Source: Terriglobia bacterium
Lineage (GTDB): Bacteria > Acidobacteriota > Terriglobia > JAJPHL01 > JAPKYU01
Direction: 5' to 3'
Assembly (NCBI GenBank): GCA_965223005.1
Contig: CBDCVK010000010.1
Span: forward strand, 288,001-352,000
DNA: 64,000 nucleotides
Below the pieces are notes generated by a model. The model was given only the letters and a program-made list of their open reading frames with translations, was not told the DNA's origin and searched no databases. The first letter of the stretch is position 1; each line of letters begins with the position of its first letter. Positions 29,154-38,984 of this stretch are shown piece after piece. The position numbers were made by a program, and so were the translations under genes.

Positions 29154-31016
29154 ATGGTAACTAAGCTGGCTTCCTTATTCGTTTCATTCCTGCTCTGCGG
29201 TCTAACTCTGGCCGCCGAGGGTCCCACAGTGCCGCTGGCCGGTCAGGCGCCGGTGGTCGGTCAAGCAGTAGAGGCCTTCCCCGTGAAAGACCTCAGGCCG
29301 GGCATGAAGGCGGTCGGGTACAGCGTGTTTGAAGGGAAGGAAGTGGAGGCCTTCGCGGTAGAAATCCTGGGCGTGCTCAAGAACGTTTGGGGGCCCGGAC
29401 AGCACATCATCCTGGCACGGCTGGGAGACAGGGTGGAGAAAACGGGCGTGGCCGCCGGCATGAGCGGCAGCCCCGTCTACCTGGATGGCAAGCTGGTGGG
29501 GGCTATCTCGCTGCGCGTGGGAGTGTTTGCTCACGAGCCGATAGCCGGGATCACTCCTGCCGAGCTTATGCTGGAGATCAAGGAACAGGACGAGAGCAAG
29601 GGCCCTGGCGCGACCTTGACTGCCGGGACTGCCGGGCAGGAGGTGCCGCTGTCCGCCGAGTTCGAGGCGCTCCTGAAGCCGGAGCCAGTCAGCGGGCCGA
29701 GCCCGGACGCATTTCTGGTGCCGATTGAAACGCCCTTGGCCTTCACCGGATTCCATGACGAGGTGTTGCAACAGTTCACCGACGTTTTCCGGCGCTTTGG
29801 GGTCACCCCGGTGCAAGGGGGAGCGGGCAGCGCGCTGAGCAATCCCGAACCGATTTCCGACCCGGAGGCCCTGAAACGGGCCCTCCCGCCGGGCGGGGCC
29901 GTTTCCGGCGTCCTAATTTCTGGAGACCTGTCCGTGGCCGGGACCGGCACGGTCACGTACAACGACGGTCACCGGGTCCTGGCCTTCGGCCATCCCTTCT
30001 TCAACTTCGGCAGGATCGAGATGCCCATGGCGACCGCCGACGTGGTGACGGTGCTGGGCTCCGACTTCGTTTCGTTTAAGATCGTGAACACCGACCAAGT
30101 GGTCGGCGCACTGCGACAGGACCGCCACTCGGGGATTCTCGGCGTGCTGGGCCGGACCGCGCCGATGATCCCGGTGGAAGCCAGCGTCCGCGTTGGAGAC
30201 AACAGCCGAACGTATCGCTTCCACGTCTTCCAAAATGCCAGATTCACTCCCTTACTCATGATGCTGACCGTCTTCAATACCCTGTTCCGCACCAATGCCT
30301 ACGGCGAGGAAGTCACCTACCGGGTGAACGGTTCCATCCAGCTAGACGGCTTCCCCGACGTGAAGCTGGACAACCTATACCCCAACAGTGGGGGCAGGGG
30401 AAGGATGCGAGGCCCCATGGGCCTCAGCGCCTGGATCAGCGGTCGTTTCTCCCGAATCTTTAATAATCCTTTCGAGACGCCCAAGATCTCCGGCGTCAAG
30501 GCGGATTTCGAAGTCATCCCGGAACGGCGCACGGCCGCCATCGAACATGTCTGGGTGCAAAAAAACGAGGTCCGCCCGGGAGAAACCCTCGACCTCAAAG
30601 TTTTCCTGCGGCCCTACCGAGGTGACCGCATGGTCAAGGATGCCCGTGTGACGATCCCGACAACGACCCCCAAGGGCAACCTTCGAATTCTATTCAGCGA
30701 CGCGGATGTGGTGAATCGCTCCCAGAGGGTGTTGCTATCCCGCAATCGGATGGTCGGCTTGACCCAGCTGATTTCCATGATGAACCGGGAGCACGCCAAC
30801 GGGTGGCTCTACATTACTCTGCTGGGGCCCGGCCCCACAGCGTTTGTCCAGGACAAAGTTCTGCCCAGCCTTCCTTCCTCGGTGGCTAACGTCATTGACC
30901 CGAGCCGGACCCAAAACCGTCTGACCCTCCGGACGGGATCTTCTCTCCACCAGCAAGCCATTCCGGTGGACTACGTCATCTCTGGAAGCCAGACGGTGGT
31001 GGTGAGGGTGAAATAG
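29154..31016 (+). CDS. Secreted SpoIVB-like peptidase (family S55)
   Basis: Signal peptide; FAVEILGVL, GVAAGMSGSPVYLDGKLVGAIS, GTVTY...LAFGHPF. Confidence 0.88.
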   Translation: MVTKLASLFVSFLLCGLTLAAEGPTVPLAGQAPVVGQAVEAFPVKDLRPGMKAVGYSVFEGKEVEAFAVEILGVLKNVWGPGQHIILARLGDRVEKTGVAAGMSGSPVYLDGKLVGAISLRVGVFAHEPIAGITPAELMLEIKEQDESKGPGATLTAGTAGQEVPLSAEFEALLKPEPVSGPSPDAFLVPIETPLAFTGFHDEVLQQFTDVFRRFGVTPVQGGAGSALSNPEPISDPEALKRALPPGGAVSGVLISGDLSVAGTGTVTYNDGHRVLAFGHPFFNFGRIEMPMATADVVTVLGSDFVSFKIVNTDQVVGALRQDRHSGILGVLGRTAPMIPVEASVRVGDNSRTYRFHVFQNARFTPLLMMLTVFNTLFRTNAYGEEVTYRVNGSIQLDGFPDVKLDNLYPNSGGRGRMRGPMGLSAWISGRFSRIFNNPFETPKISGVKADFEVIPERRTAAIEHVWVQKNEVRPGETLDLKVFLRPYRGDRMVKDARVTIPTTTPKGNLRILFSDADVVNRSQRVLLSRNRMVGLTQLISMMNREHANGWLYITLLGPGPTAFVQDKVLPSLPSSVANVIDPSRTQNRLTLRTGSSLHQQAIPVDYVISGSQTVVVRVK

Positions 31017-31043
31017 CCCCGCATTGGGATCGGACCCGAACCC

Positions 31044-33224
31044 ATGAGACATTTTCTAGTTCTAGTTGCTTTTTCCAGCTTGGCCCTCGCCCTGAACCTG
31101 TCGGCGGCCGACACGCAGTTCTGGGAACAGAAGGGCTACCAAGATTTTGACAAGGGCACGCTCGAGGGACTGTCCCTTCGTAGCGACGGAAAACTGCGCC
31201 TGGCGCCGCGGTTCCGTCAGGTCTGCGATCCTGATCTGAACTACATTTGGGCGCTGGCGGAGGACAGCCGCGGTAACGTCTTCGCGGGTGGGGGCTCGCC
31301 CGGCAAAGTCGTGCGCATCGGCTCCGCATCCGCCGCCAGCGGCGAGGCGAAACCGGAAACGGTGTTTGAGGTCAAAGACCTTGAGATTCATGCGCTGGCT
31401 GTGGATGCAGCGGATAACCTCTATGCCGCCACTTCGCCGGACCCCAAGATCTACAAGATCACCCCTGACGGCGAAGCCAGTGTCTTCTTTGAGCCTGAGG
31501 CAAAGTATGTGTGGGCGTTGGCGTTTGACCCGCAGGGCAACCTGCTGGTGGCCACCGGGGACAAAGGCGAGCTGTACCGGGTGGACCCCAAGGGTGAAGC
31601 CAAGGTGTTTTTCAGGAGCGAGGAAACCCATGCCCGCTCGATCGCCGTCGACAAGTCGGGCAACGTGATCGTGGGCACTGACCCCAGCGGGCTGATCCTG
31701 CGCATTTCCCCTGCAGGCGAAGGCTTCGTCCTGTACCAGGCGGCCAAGAAGGAAGTTACGGCAGTGGCCATTGGCGCCGACGGCAGCATTTACGCGGCCG
31801 CGGTGGGCAACAAGCAACAGCGGCCGCCTACGCCAGCGGCTCCCGCTCCTCCGCGGTCCCAGGTGGTACCCGCCGCTGCTACCGTGCGTCGTCTGAGCCG
31901 ACCTGCGCCGCCTCCGGTGGCTGGCGGCACGGGGGTCTACCGGATCTTCCCTGACGGGGAACCGAGGCAACTGTGGGCCTCCAAGAATGAGGTCGTCTAC
32001 GCCCTGGCTTTTGACAGCAAAGGGAAGCTCCTGCTCGGCACCGGTAACCAAGGGAAGATTTTCCAGATCGACTCCGAGCACCTCTACACCAGCCTGCTGA
32101 AAGCGGAAGCCACTCAGATCACCGCCTTCTTGCAGACCCGCAGCGGCGCGCTTTACGCCGCGAGCAGCAATCTCGGAAGGGTGCTGGAAATTAGCAGCGC
32201 CTACGAGGCCGAGGGATCCTTCGAATCGGAAGTGTTTGACGCGCGCCATTTTGCGCGGTGGGGACGCGTCTTCTGGGAGGGGGAAACGCCGGACGGCTCC
32301 AGCGTGACGGTGTTCACCCGCTCCGGTAACGTGGACAACCCGGACCGCAACTGGAGCCCCTGGTCGCCCGCCTACCGGTCACCCGGAGAAATCAGCAGCA
32401 GCCCCGGGGCGCGCTTCTTGCAGTGGAAGGGCGTGCTAACCTCCGGTCAAGGCAAGCGGACCTCGTTGCTGGACAAGGTAGAGATCGCTTACTTTCCTAA
32501 GAATTTGACGCCGATCATCGACCGCGTGGAGCCTACCCCGGCCGGCTACCGTTTTCAAGCCAGGGCGACCGCAGCCCGCAAAGCGGTGCAGCGGCTCACG
32601 CTGCCACCGTTGAGCCCGAGGAGGCAGAAATCCCCAACCCCAGCCAAGCCGCGCATCTCACCCCCCACCCAATTGGTGCGAGAAAAGGGCGCCCAGGGGG
32701 CGCGCTGGGCTGCCCGCGACACCAACGACGACACCCTGATCTATGCTCTATACATCCGCGGCCGGGACGAAGGAACCTGGAAGCTGCTGAAAGACAAGCT
32801 CACCACCCAATTCTACTCGTGGGATTCCACCGCGTTTCCCGATGGTGCCTACTACGTCAAGGTGGCGGCTTCCGATGCCCCTTCCAACTCCGAACAGGAT
32901 GCGCTGACGACCGAGCGCGAGGCCGGGCCCTTCGTGGTGGACAATACGCCCCCGCAAATCGCGGAGCTGGAAGCGAAGGCCGCCGACGGAAAGCTGCGGA
33001 TCCGTTTCCGCGCCACCGACGCCCTCTCCCCGATCCGGAAGGCTGAGTACTCACTGGATGGCTCGGAATGGCAACTGGTGCTCCCACTCGACCAGCTCTC
33101 CGACTCGCTGCAGGAACACTATGGGTTCACCCTGCAAGGCAACACGTCAGGGGAACATACGATCGCGGTGCGGGTCTACGACCGGATAGAAAATCTCGCC
33201 GTGGAAAAGATTGTACTGCGGTAG
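31044..33224 (+). CDS. Secreted beta-propeller protein with C-terminal Ig/Fn3-like domains
   Basis: Signal peptide; repeats YIWALA.D..GN, YVWALAFD..GN; TRSGN...WSPWS; WDSTAFPDGAYYVKV, VDNTPP, YSLDG. Confidence 0.8.
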   Translation: MRHFLVLVAFSSLALALNLSAADTQFWEQKGYQDFDKGTLEGLSLRSDGKLRLAPRFRQVCDPDLNYIWALAEDSRGNVFAGGGSPGKVVRIGSASAASGEAKPETVFEVKDLEIHALAVDAADNLYAATSPDPKIYKITPDGEASVFFEPEAKYVWALAFDPQGNLLVATGDKGELYRVDPKGEAKVFFRSEETHARSIAVDKSGNVIVGTDPSGLILRISPAGEGFVLYQAAKKEVTAVAIGADGSIYAAAVGNKQQRPPTPAAPAPPRSQVVPAAATVRRLSRPAPPPVAGGTGVYRIFPDGEPRQLWASKNEVVYALAFDSKGKLLLGTGNQGKIFQIDSEHLYTSLLKAEATQITAFLQTRSGALYAASSNLGRVLEISSAYEAEGSFESEVFDARHFARWGRVFWEGETPDGSSVTVFTRSGNVDNPDRNWSPWSPAYRSPGEISSSPGARFLQWKGVLTSGQGKRTSLLDKVEIAYFPKNLTPIIDRVEPTPAGYRFQARATAARKAVQRLTLPPLSPRRQKSPTPAKPRISPPTQLVREKGAQGARWAARDTNDDTLIYALYIRGRDEGTWKLLKDKLTTQFYSWDSTAFPDGAYYVKVAASDAPSNSEQDALTTEREAGPFVVDNTPPQIAELEAKAADGKLRIRFRATDALSPIRKAEYSLDGSEWQLVLPLDQLSDSLQEHYGFTLQGNTSGEHTIAVRVYDRIENLAVEKIVLR

Positions 33225-33267
33225 AAGCAGATTCCAATTTCTACGACAGAAGCCTACGGTAGGGATC

Positions 33268-33579
33268 TCAAGCCCCTGTGCTGGCGGTGATCTTCTGAAT
33301 CCGCAGCCGAACGCTGTTGTCCAGCGGTTCGAAGGCGATAGCCGAGCCGATGGTCGGCTGGCCGTAGAGAATCTTCCCTGGGATTTCCAACGACCCGCCG
33401 TCGTCTTTCACTTTCAGCGCCCCCCGCGATCCCTCCTCCAGCGGAACCAGCGTGTCCACAAAGCAGCCGCCTTCGCTGATGTCGGTGAGCCGCACATCCC
33501 AATGCACATCTTCGTCGCGGCACCATATCTGAGCCTCGACCAGCCAGGAGATGCGTGCGTGTTGTCTTTTGTCGGACAT
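33268..33579 (-). CDS. Stand-alone PilZ domain protein
   Basis: KRQHAR (RxxxR) and DISEGG (DxSxxG). Confidence 0.85.
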   Translation of the reverse strand: MSDKRQHARISWLVEAQIWCRDEDVHWDVRLTDISEGGCFVDTLVPLEEGSRGALKVKDDGGSLEIPGKILYGQPTIGSAIAFEPLDNSVRLRIQKITASTGA

Positions 33580-33701
33580 GATTCGTTGCTAGGCTAGCAC
33601 AGGCCGCGAACGGAAAAAAGAGACTGCCGTTCCGCCCTGCCTAGCATTCGACCACGATTCCCGGAAAGGGGAAAGGTCGCGGCGGGCGTCAGGCCCGAAA
33701 A

Positions 33702-34559
33702 TCACGAGCGCGCGGATTCTTTGGAGAGAACCGGCAGACGCAGGTCCCATGCCAGTCCCACGGCGCTTAGCAGACGGATGAACCAGTAGGTGGGATCCAA
33801 TTCCCAAGCCTTTAATCCGTGCCGGGCCGAAGTGGGAAACGCGTGGTGGTTGTTGTGCCACCCCTCACCGTAGGACAACAGCGCCACCCACCAGGAGTTG
33901 GTGGAGAGATCATTGGTAGGGAAACTTTGGTATCCAAATCCATGGCTGGCTGAATTCACTAAAAAGGTGCAGTGATAGGTCAACACTAAGCGCACGAACA
34001 CCCCCCACACCACGAAAGGCCATCCGCCCAGGACGTAAAGCAGCAACGCCAGTATGACTGCCAGCCAGGGATACATCCGCGCCAGGAAGCCGTAGAACGG
34101 CACGCGCAGCAAGTCGGGCACGTAGCGCTCGTTGAGGTCTTGCGAAACTTCGGGAGGATGGTCCCAGAATATCCAGAACACGTGACTCCACCAGAAACTC
34201 TGGCGAGCGTTGTGGGGGTCTCCCTGCTGGTCCGGATACTGATGGTGCTGGCGATGATGAGTGACCCATTCGATCGGTCCCCCGTGCAGGGAGAGCGAGC
34301 CGAACAGAGCCAGAGCGTATTCCAACGCGCGCGGACACCGGAACGACCGATGCGTGAGGAGGCGATGGTAACCCACGCAGATCCCTAGCCCGCCGAGGAC
34401 CCAGTGGAGCAGGAAGCAGACTGCCACCGCTGCCCAACTCGTATGCCACAGGGCACCAATCGCTCCGAGGTGGATTCCCAGGACAATGGCAGCTTTTTCG
34501 GGAGAAAACCGCTCTCGAGTTGCGGGCACCGAACTCAACAGCGTGGCCGTGTTACTCAT
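33702..34559 (-). CDS. Delta-9-type acyl-CoA/acyl-lipid desaturase
   Basis: His boxes HRLLTH, HRQHH, GEGWHNNHH; DPH...FWWSH. Confidence 0.93.
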   Translation of the reverse strand: MSNTATLLSSVPATRERFSPEKAAIVLGIHLGAIGALWHTSWAAVAVCFLLHWVLGGLGICVGYHRLLTHRSFRCPRALEYALALFGSLSLHGGPIEWVTHHRQHHQYPDQQGDPHNARQSFWWSHVFWIFWDHPPEVSQDLNERYVPDLLRVPFYGFLARMYPWLAVILALLLYVLGGWPFVVWGVFVRLVLTYHCTFLVNSASHGFGYQSFPTNDLSTNSWWVALLSYGEGWHNNHHAFPTSARHGLKAWELDPTYWFIRLLSAVGLAWDLRLPVLSKESARS

Positions 34560-34709
34560 GGAGTTCTTTCCGGCAATCGAGCCCGGCAATCAAACAAGTC
34601 CATCAGGATACTTGTTTCCTATTGATTCTGCAAGTCTTTGCCACCCGTCCTGCGAACCTACGTTCGGCTACGTCGCTTTGCTCGATAGCTAGCAGCCGCA
34701 GAAACGGCC

Positions 34710-34728
34710 GCCGGGGTTTCGCCCCGGC
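34710..34728. terminator. GC-rich hairpin downstream of the TPR gene
   Basis: GCCGGGG-TTTCG-CCCCGGC; the U-tract is on the + strand, so orientation is uncertain. Confidence 0.4.
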
Positions 34729-34755
34729 TTTTGGGCTCTGCCCAGATCGTACGCA

Positions 34756-35966
34756 TCACTTCTTTGGGTTCTTCTGGGCGTGTTTGGCGCGGATGGCCTG
34801 GGCGCGGGCCTCCATTTTGGCCGCCTCGGCAGCGCGCTTCGTTTTCCGCAGCAGATCCGCGTAGTTCTCCAGGGTCGTGGCCACGGTGGGATGCTCCGGC
34901 CCCAGGACCTTCTCTTCAATCGCTAGCGTGCGCCGGTAGAGCTGCTCGGCTTCGACGTAATTGCTCTGGGCGTAGTAGAGTGCCGCTAGGTTGTTGAGGC
35001 CGGTGGCGATGTTGGGATGCTCCGGCCCCAATGCCTTCTCCCAAATCGCCAGCGAGCGTCGGTAGAGGGGCTCGGCCTCGGCGTACTTGCCCTGGGCATG
35101 GTAGAGTCCCGCCAGGTTGTTGAGGTCCGTTGCAACGCCCGGGTGCTCCGGTCCCAGGGCCTTCTCATCTATCGCCAGCGCCCGCTGATAAAGCGGCTCA
35201 GCCTCAGCGTACTGGCCCTGGGCCTTGTAGAGCCCCGCCAGGTTGTTGAGGCTCTGAGCTACATCGGGATGGCCCCGTCCCAGGGCATTTTCGCGGATCG
35301 CCAGCGCCCGTTTGTGGAGCGGCTCGGCCTCGGCATACTGGCTCTGCGCGTCGTAGAGCAACGCCAGGTTGTTGAGGCTGGTGGCCACGTTGGGATGCTC
35401 CGGCCCCAGCGCCTTCTTCACAATCGCCAGCGCGCGCCGGTAGAGCGGCTCGGACTCGCCGTACTTGCCCTGGGCCTGGTAGAGTCCCGCCAGGTTGTTG
35501 AGGCTGGTCGCTACGCTGGGATGCTCCAGTCCCAGGGCCTTCTCCTTAATCGCCAGCGAGCGCCGGAACATCGGCTCGCCTCGGCGTATTTGCCCTGAGC
35601 CTGGTAGAGCCCCGCCAGGTTGTTGAGGCTGGCGGCCACGTTCGGATGCTCCAGCCCCAGGGCCTTCTCCGCAATCGCCAGCGCCCGCCGGAAAAGCGGC
35701 TCGGCCTCGCCGTACTTGCCCTGGGCGTTATAGAGCATCGCCAGGCTGTTGAAGCTCACGCCCACGCGAAGGTCTTGCTCTCCGAACTCTTCGGCCTCCC
35801 TAAGCGCAGCCGCGAACTGTTTCTGAGCCTCGGCGTACTGGCATTGCTGATAGGCTTCCGTGCCCGCCTTCATGTACTTCTCCCAGGCCGTGTCATCGGC
35901 CACGGCGCAGGAGGCCACACACACTGCTCCCAACACCAGCAGCCAAACAGTTCTTGTTGTCGTCAT
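34756..35966 (-). CDS. Secreted tetratricopeptide repeat protein (kinesin-light-chain-type 42-aa repeats); 1-bp deletion at ~35577
   Basis: Repeats LGPEHP.VATSLNNLA.LY.AQG.YAEAEPLY.RALAI.EK; N-terminal signal peptide in ORF 35511-36161; one G missing in CGGCTCGGCCTC. Confidence 0.88.
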
Positions 35967-36078
35967 CGCGGGCTCCCAGGGAGAGACGTAGGGCACCCGA
36001 TTCCCCCTTGGGCGAATCATACTCCAACTCAGCAATGCGGGCCTCCCCCCGGTCATCGGGCGGTGGCGTAAAATAGAA

Positions 36079-37941
36079 GTGATGGTTTCCCCGGAGAAAA
36101 TTGCCGGCTTGCCCGCCGCGCCGGGCGTGTACCAGTTCCTGAACGCTGCCGGCCAAGCCATCTACGTGGGCAAGGCGAAATCGCTGCGGCACCGTGTCCG
36201 CAACTACTTCGTGGAAGGGAAGGCTGAGAACGCCAAAACGGACTCACTGCTGCGGGACGCGGTAGAGGTCCACTACATCCTGGTGGACAACGAGCGGGAA
36301 GCGCTGGCACTGGAGAACAACCTGATCAAGCAGCTTCAGCCGCGTTACAACGTCCTGCTGCGCGACGACAAGACTTACCCCTACATCAAGCTGACGGCGA
36401 AGGAAAAGTATCCGCGGGTGTATGTAACCCGCCGCCTGAAGAAGGACGGCTCCGCTTATTACGGCCCCTACTTCCCGGCGCACCTGGCGCATCGGCTCGT
36501 GCACTTCATCCACCGCTGTTTCCTGGTGCCGTCCTGCACAGTGGACCTGACCCGGGCCCACCCGCGCCCCTGCTTGCAGTATCACATCCATCGCTGCCAG
36601 GGCCCCTGCGTGCCAGGACTCACCACCGACGAGCGCTACGCCGAAGGGGTGCGCGATGTGCGCCTGTTCCTGGAAGGGCGCTCGGGCGACCTGCTGGAGA
36701 GCCTGCGCCAGCGAATGCTGGAGGCCTCCGAGCAGCAACAGTTCGAGCAGGCGGCCGCCTATCGCGACCTGGCAACCACGGTCGAGGACCTGCACGAGCG
36801 CCAGAAGATGGCCGCTGCCCAGGGCGACGACATTGACATCTTCGGTTTCTACCGCGAGGGCGCGCTGGCCGCCCTGAACCTGTTTCACCTGCGCAAGGGG
36901 CGCATCGTGGACCGCCGCGAGTTCTTCTGGGAGGATCTGCCGCCCGAAGAGGATGCCGAGGATGCCGAGAATGCCGAGGGCGCCGAACACGCCGCTGGCT
37001 TCAGCGCCTCGCACTTCTTTGCTTCGCTGCTCAAGCAGATCTACCTGGACCAGGAGTTCGTCCCCTCGTCCATCCACGTTCCGGTGGACTTCGACGACCG
37101 CGAACTGCTGGCCGAAGTTCTGTCGGAGAAGAAGGGGCGCCGGGTGGAGATGCACACCCCGCAGCGCGGCCAGAAGCGAGCGCTGCTGGAATTGGTCGAA
37201 AAGAACGCCCGCCACAGCTTCGACCAGCGCTTTCGCGTGCTGAAGCCCTCCTCAAAAGCCATCGCCGAAGCGTTGCAAGAGGGACTCGGCCTGCCGGAAC
37301 CGCCGCGACGCATCGAGTGCTTCGATATTTCTCACGTGCAGGGCTCCGACACCGTGGGTTCCATGGTGGTCTGGGAAGAGGGGAAGATGCGGAAGGGGGA
37401 GTACCGCAAGTTCATCATCCGCACGGTGGAGGGCAGCGACGACTTCGCCAGCATGCGCGAGGTGGTGGCCCGCCGCTACCGGCGCCTCCAGGAGGAGCAG
37501 AAGCCGCTGCCGGGGCTGGTGCTGGTGGACGGCGGCCTGGGCCAGCTCCACTCCGCCGCGGCCGCGCTGGAGCAATGCGGCATCATCAACCAGCCGCTGG
37601 CGGCCATCGCCAAAAAGGAGGAGGTCATCTACGTGTACGAGCAGGAGGACGAGCCGGTGGTGTTGGACCGCCACTCCCCCCTGCTGCACCTGGTACAGAT
37701 GGTTCGGGATGAGGCCCATCGCTTCGCCGTCAGCTTCCACCGCCACCGCCGGGAGTCTCGCCAGCTGACCACCGAGCTACTGGAGATTCCCGGCATCGGC
37801 GAAAAGACAGCGCGCAAGCTGCTCCAGCAATTCGGCAGCCTGCAGGCGTTGCGGCAGGTCTCCGAGGAACAACTGGCGCGGGTGGCCGGCCGTGCCCAGG
37901 CAGCACGGATTTTCCAGCACCTGCACGGTCCCGCTGGCTGA
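36079..37941 (+). CDS. uvrC: Excinuclease ABC subunit C
   Basis: GIY-YIG PGVYQF...IYVGKAKSLR, LRDDKTYPY, RIECFDISH, VDGGLGQ, RDEAHRFA, HhH IPGIGEK. Confidence 0.98.
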   Translation: MMVSPEKIAGLPAAPGVYQFLNAAGQAIYVGKAKSLRHRVRNYFVEGKAENAKTDSLLRDAVEVHYILVDNEREALALENNLIKQLQPRYNVLLRDDKTYPYIKLTAKEKYPRVYVTRRLKKDGSAYYGPYFPAHLAHRLVHFIHRCFLVPSCTVDLTRAHPRPCLQYHIHRCQGPCVPGLTTDERYAEGVRDVRLFLEGRSGDLLESLRQRMLEASEQQQFEQAAAYRDLATTVEDLHERQKMAAAQGDDIDIFGFYREGALAALNLFHLRKGRIVDRREFFWEDLPPEEDAEDAENAEGAEHAAGFSASHFFASLLKQIYLDQEFVPSSIHVPVDFDDRELLAEVLSEKKGRRVEMHTPQRGQKRALLELVEKNARHSFDQRFRVLKPSSKAIAEALQEGLGLPEPPRRIECFDISHVQGSDTVGSMVVWEEGKMRKGEYRKFIIRTVEGSDDFASMREVVARRYRRLQEEQKPLPGLVLVDGGLGQLHSAAAALEQCGIINQPLAAIAKKEEVIYVYEQEDEPVVLDRHSPLLHLVQMVRDEAHRFAVSFHRHRRESRQLTTELLEIPGIGEKTARKLLQQFGSLQALRQVSEEQLARVAGRAQAARIFQHLHGPAG

Positions 37942-38026
37942 GCGGGTTGCGCCGCGCTTCCTCGTTTTCGGTTTCCGCCGAAGGCGAACCGTGCTAACAT
38001 CGCGTCGCTGGCAATGGGAGGTTCTT

Positions 38027-38326
38027 ATGGCAGATAGCGATGGGAAATTCGGTTGTTTCCTGGTCGGGGTAGGGATGGGTATCGTGATTGGTATTCTGTA
38101 CGCTCCTCGGACCGGAGAGGAGACCCGCGAGCTACTCACCCACAAGGCCGATGAAGGGCGCGAGTTCGTCAAGCGCCGGAGCCGCGAACTGCGCGATCAG
38201 GCCGACGACTACATCGCCAAAGGTAAGGAGACAGCGGCGCGGCAGAAGGAGAATCTTCAGTCGGCGGTGGATGCCGGTAAGCGAGCCTACCGCGATGCCA
38301 GCGAATCTTCCGGTTCCAAGAACTGA
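38027..38326 (+). CDS. YtxH-like protein
   Basis: FLVGVGMGIVIGILYAPRTGEETR; GGAGG RBS. Confidence 0.88.
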   Translation: MADSDGKFGCFLVGVGMGIVIGILYAPRTGEETRELLTHKADEGREFVKRRSRELRDQADDYIAKGKETAARQKENLQSAVDAGKRAYRDASESSGSKN

Positions 38327-38338
38327 GGTTGCCCTCGG

Positions 38339-38839
38339 ATGGAAGCTCCCCTCTGGCTAGAAATCTACGTCGTGGTGATCGGCCTGGCGGTGGTCCTGCA
38401 ACTGGGTGTGCTGATCGGCATGTATCTGGGTTTCCGCGATCTCCAGGTGCGAGTGCAGGGTTTGCTGGATCGCGACCTGCACCCTTTGCTCGTTAGCGCC
38501 CGGTCCCTAGTGGAAAGCACCCGCAAGGAGGTGGGCCGGCTTAGCGAAACAGCGGAGGAGCTGTCCAGGGCAGCCCGAGCCCAAGTGGGCAAGGTCGATG
38601 AGGTGATGAGTGAAGCCACCGACCGCACCCGCCTCCAGGTGGTCCGTGCGGATCAGCTGGTTGCAGATGTCTTCAACCGGATCGAACGAAGCGTAGAGTT
38701 TATGGAGAAGAGCCTCGGGCGGCCGGTGCGGGAGCTAGAGGCATTCCTGCATGGCCTCCGCGTCGCCATGGACCACCTGGTAGGCCGCCGGCGCCGGACC
38801 CCGGAACGCGCTACGCAGGACGAAGAACTTTTCATCTGA
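38339..38839 (+). CDS. Membrane-anchored coiled-coil protein (DUF948-like)
   Basis: N-terminal TM, helical body, C-terminal QDEELFI; follows the YtxH gene. Confidence 0.7.
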   Translation: MEAPLWLEIYVVVIGLAVVLQLGVLIGMYLGFRDLQVRVQGLLDRDLHPLLVSARSLVESTRKEVGRLSETAEELSRAARAQVGKVDEVMSEATDRTRLQVVRADQLVADVFNRIERSVEFMEKSLGRPVRELEAFLHGLRVAMDHLVGRRRRTPERATQDEELFI

Positions 38840-38984
38840 GCTGACCTTTTTCAGGCCCGCATCCTCCGAGCAGCCTCACGCACCTCCGCCCCGCCAGACG
38901 TTGATCTGTTGGCTTGGATTTCTACCGAGGCTCAACAACTTCTTCTGATGCAGAGAGGGCGCTCTGGGACCGAAGACTGGCGGT

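Noticed and set aside
34756-35760. 126-bp periodic DNA repeats
   Set aside because: Fully explained by 42-aa TPR coding repeats
36948-36990. 9-bp degenerate repeats in uvrC (EDAEDAENAEGAE); also a 12-bp duplication near 11708-11733
   Set aside because: In-frame low-complexity linker expansions with no evident function
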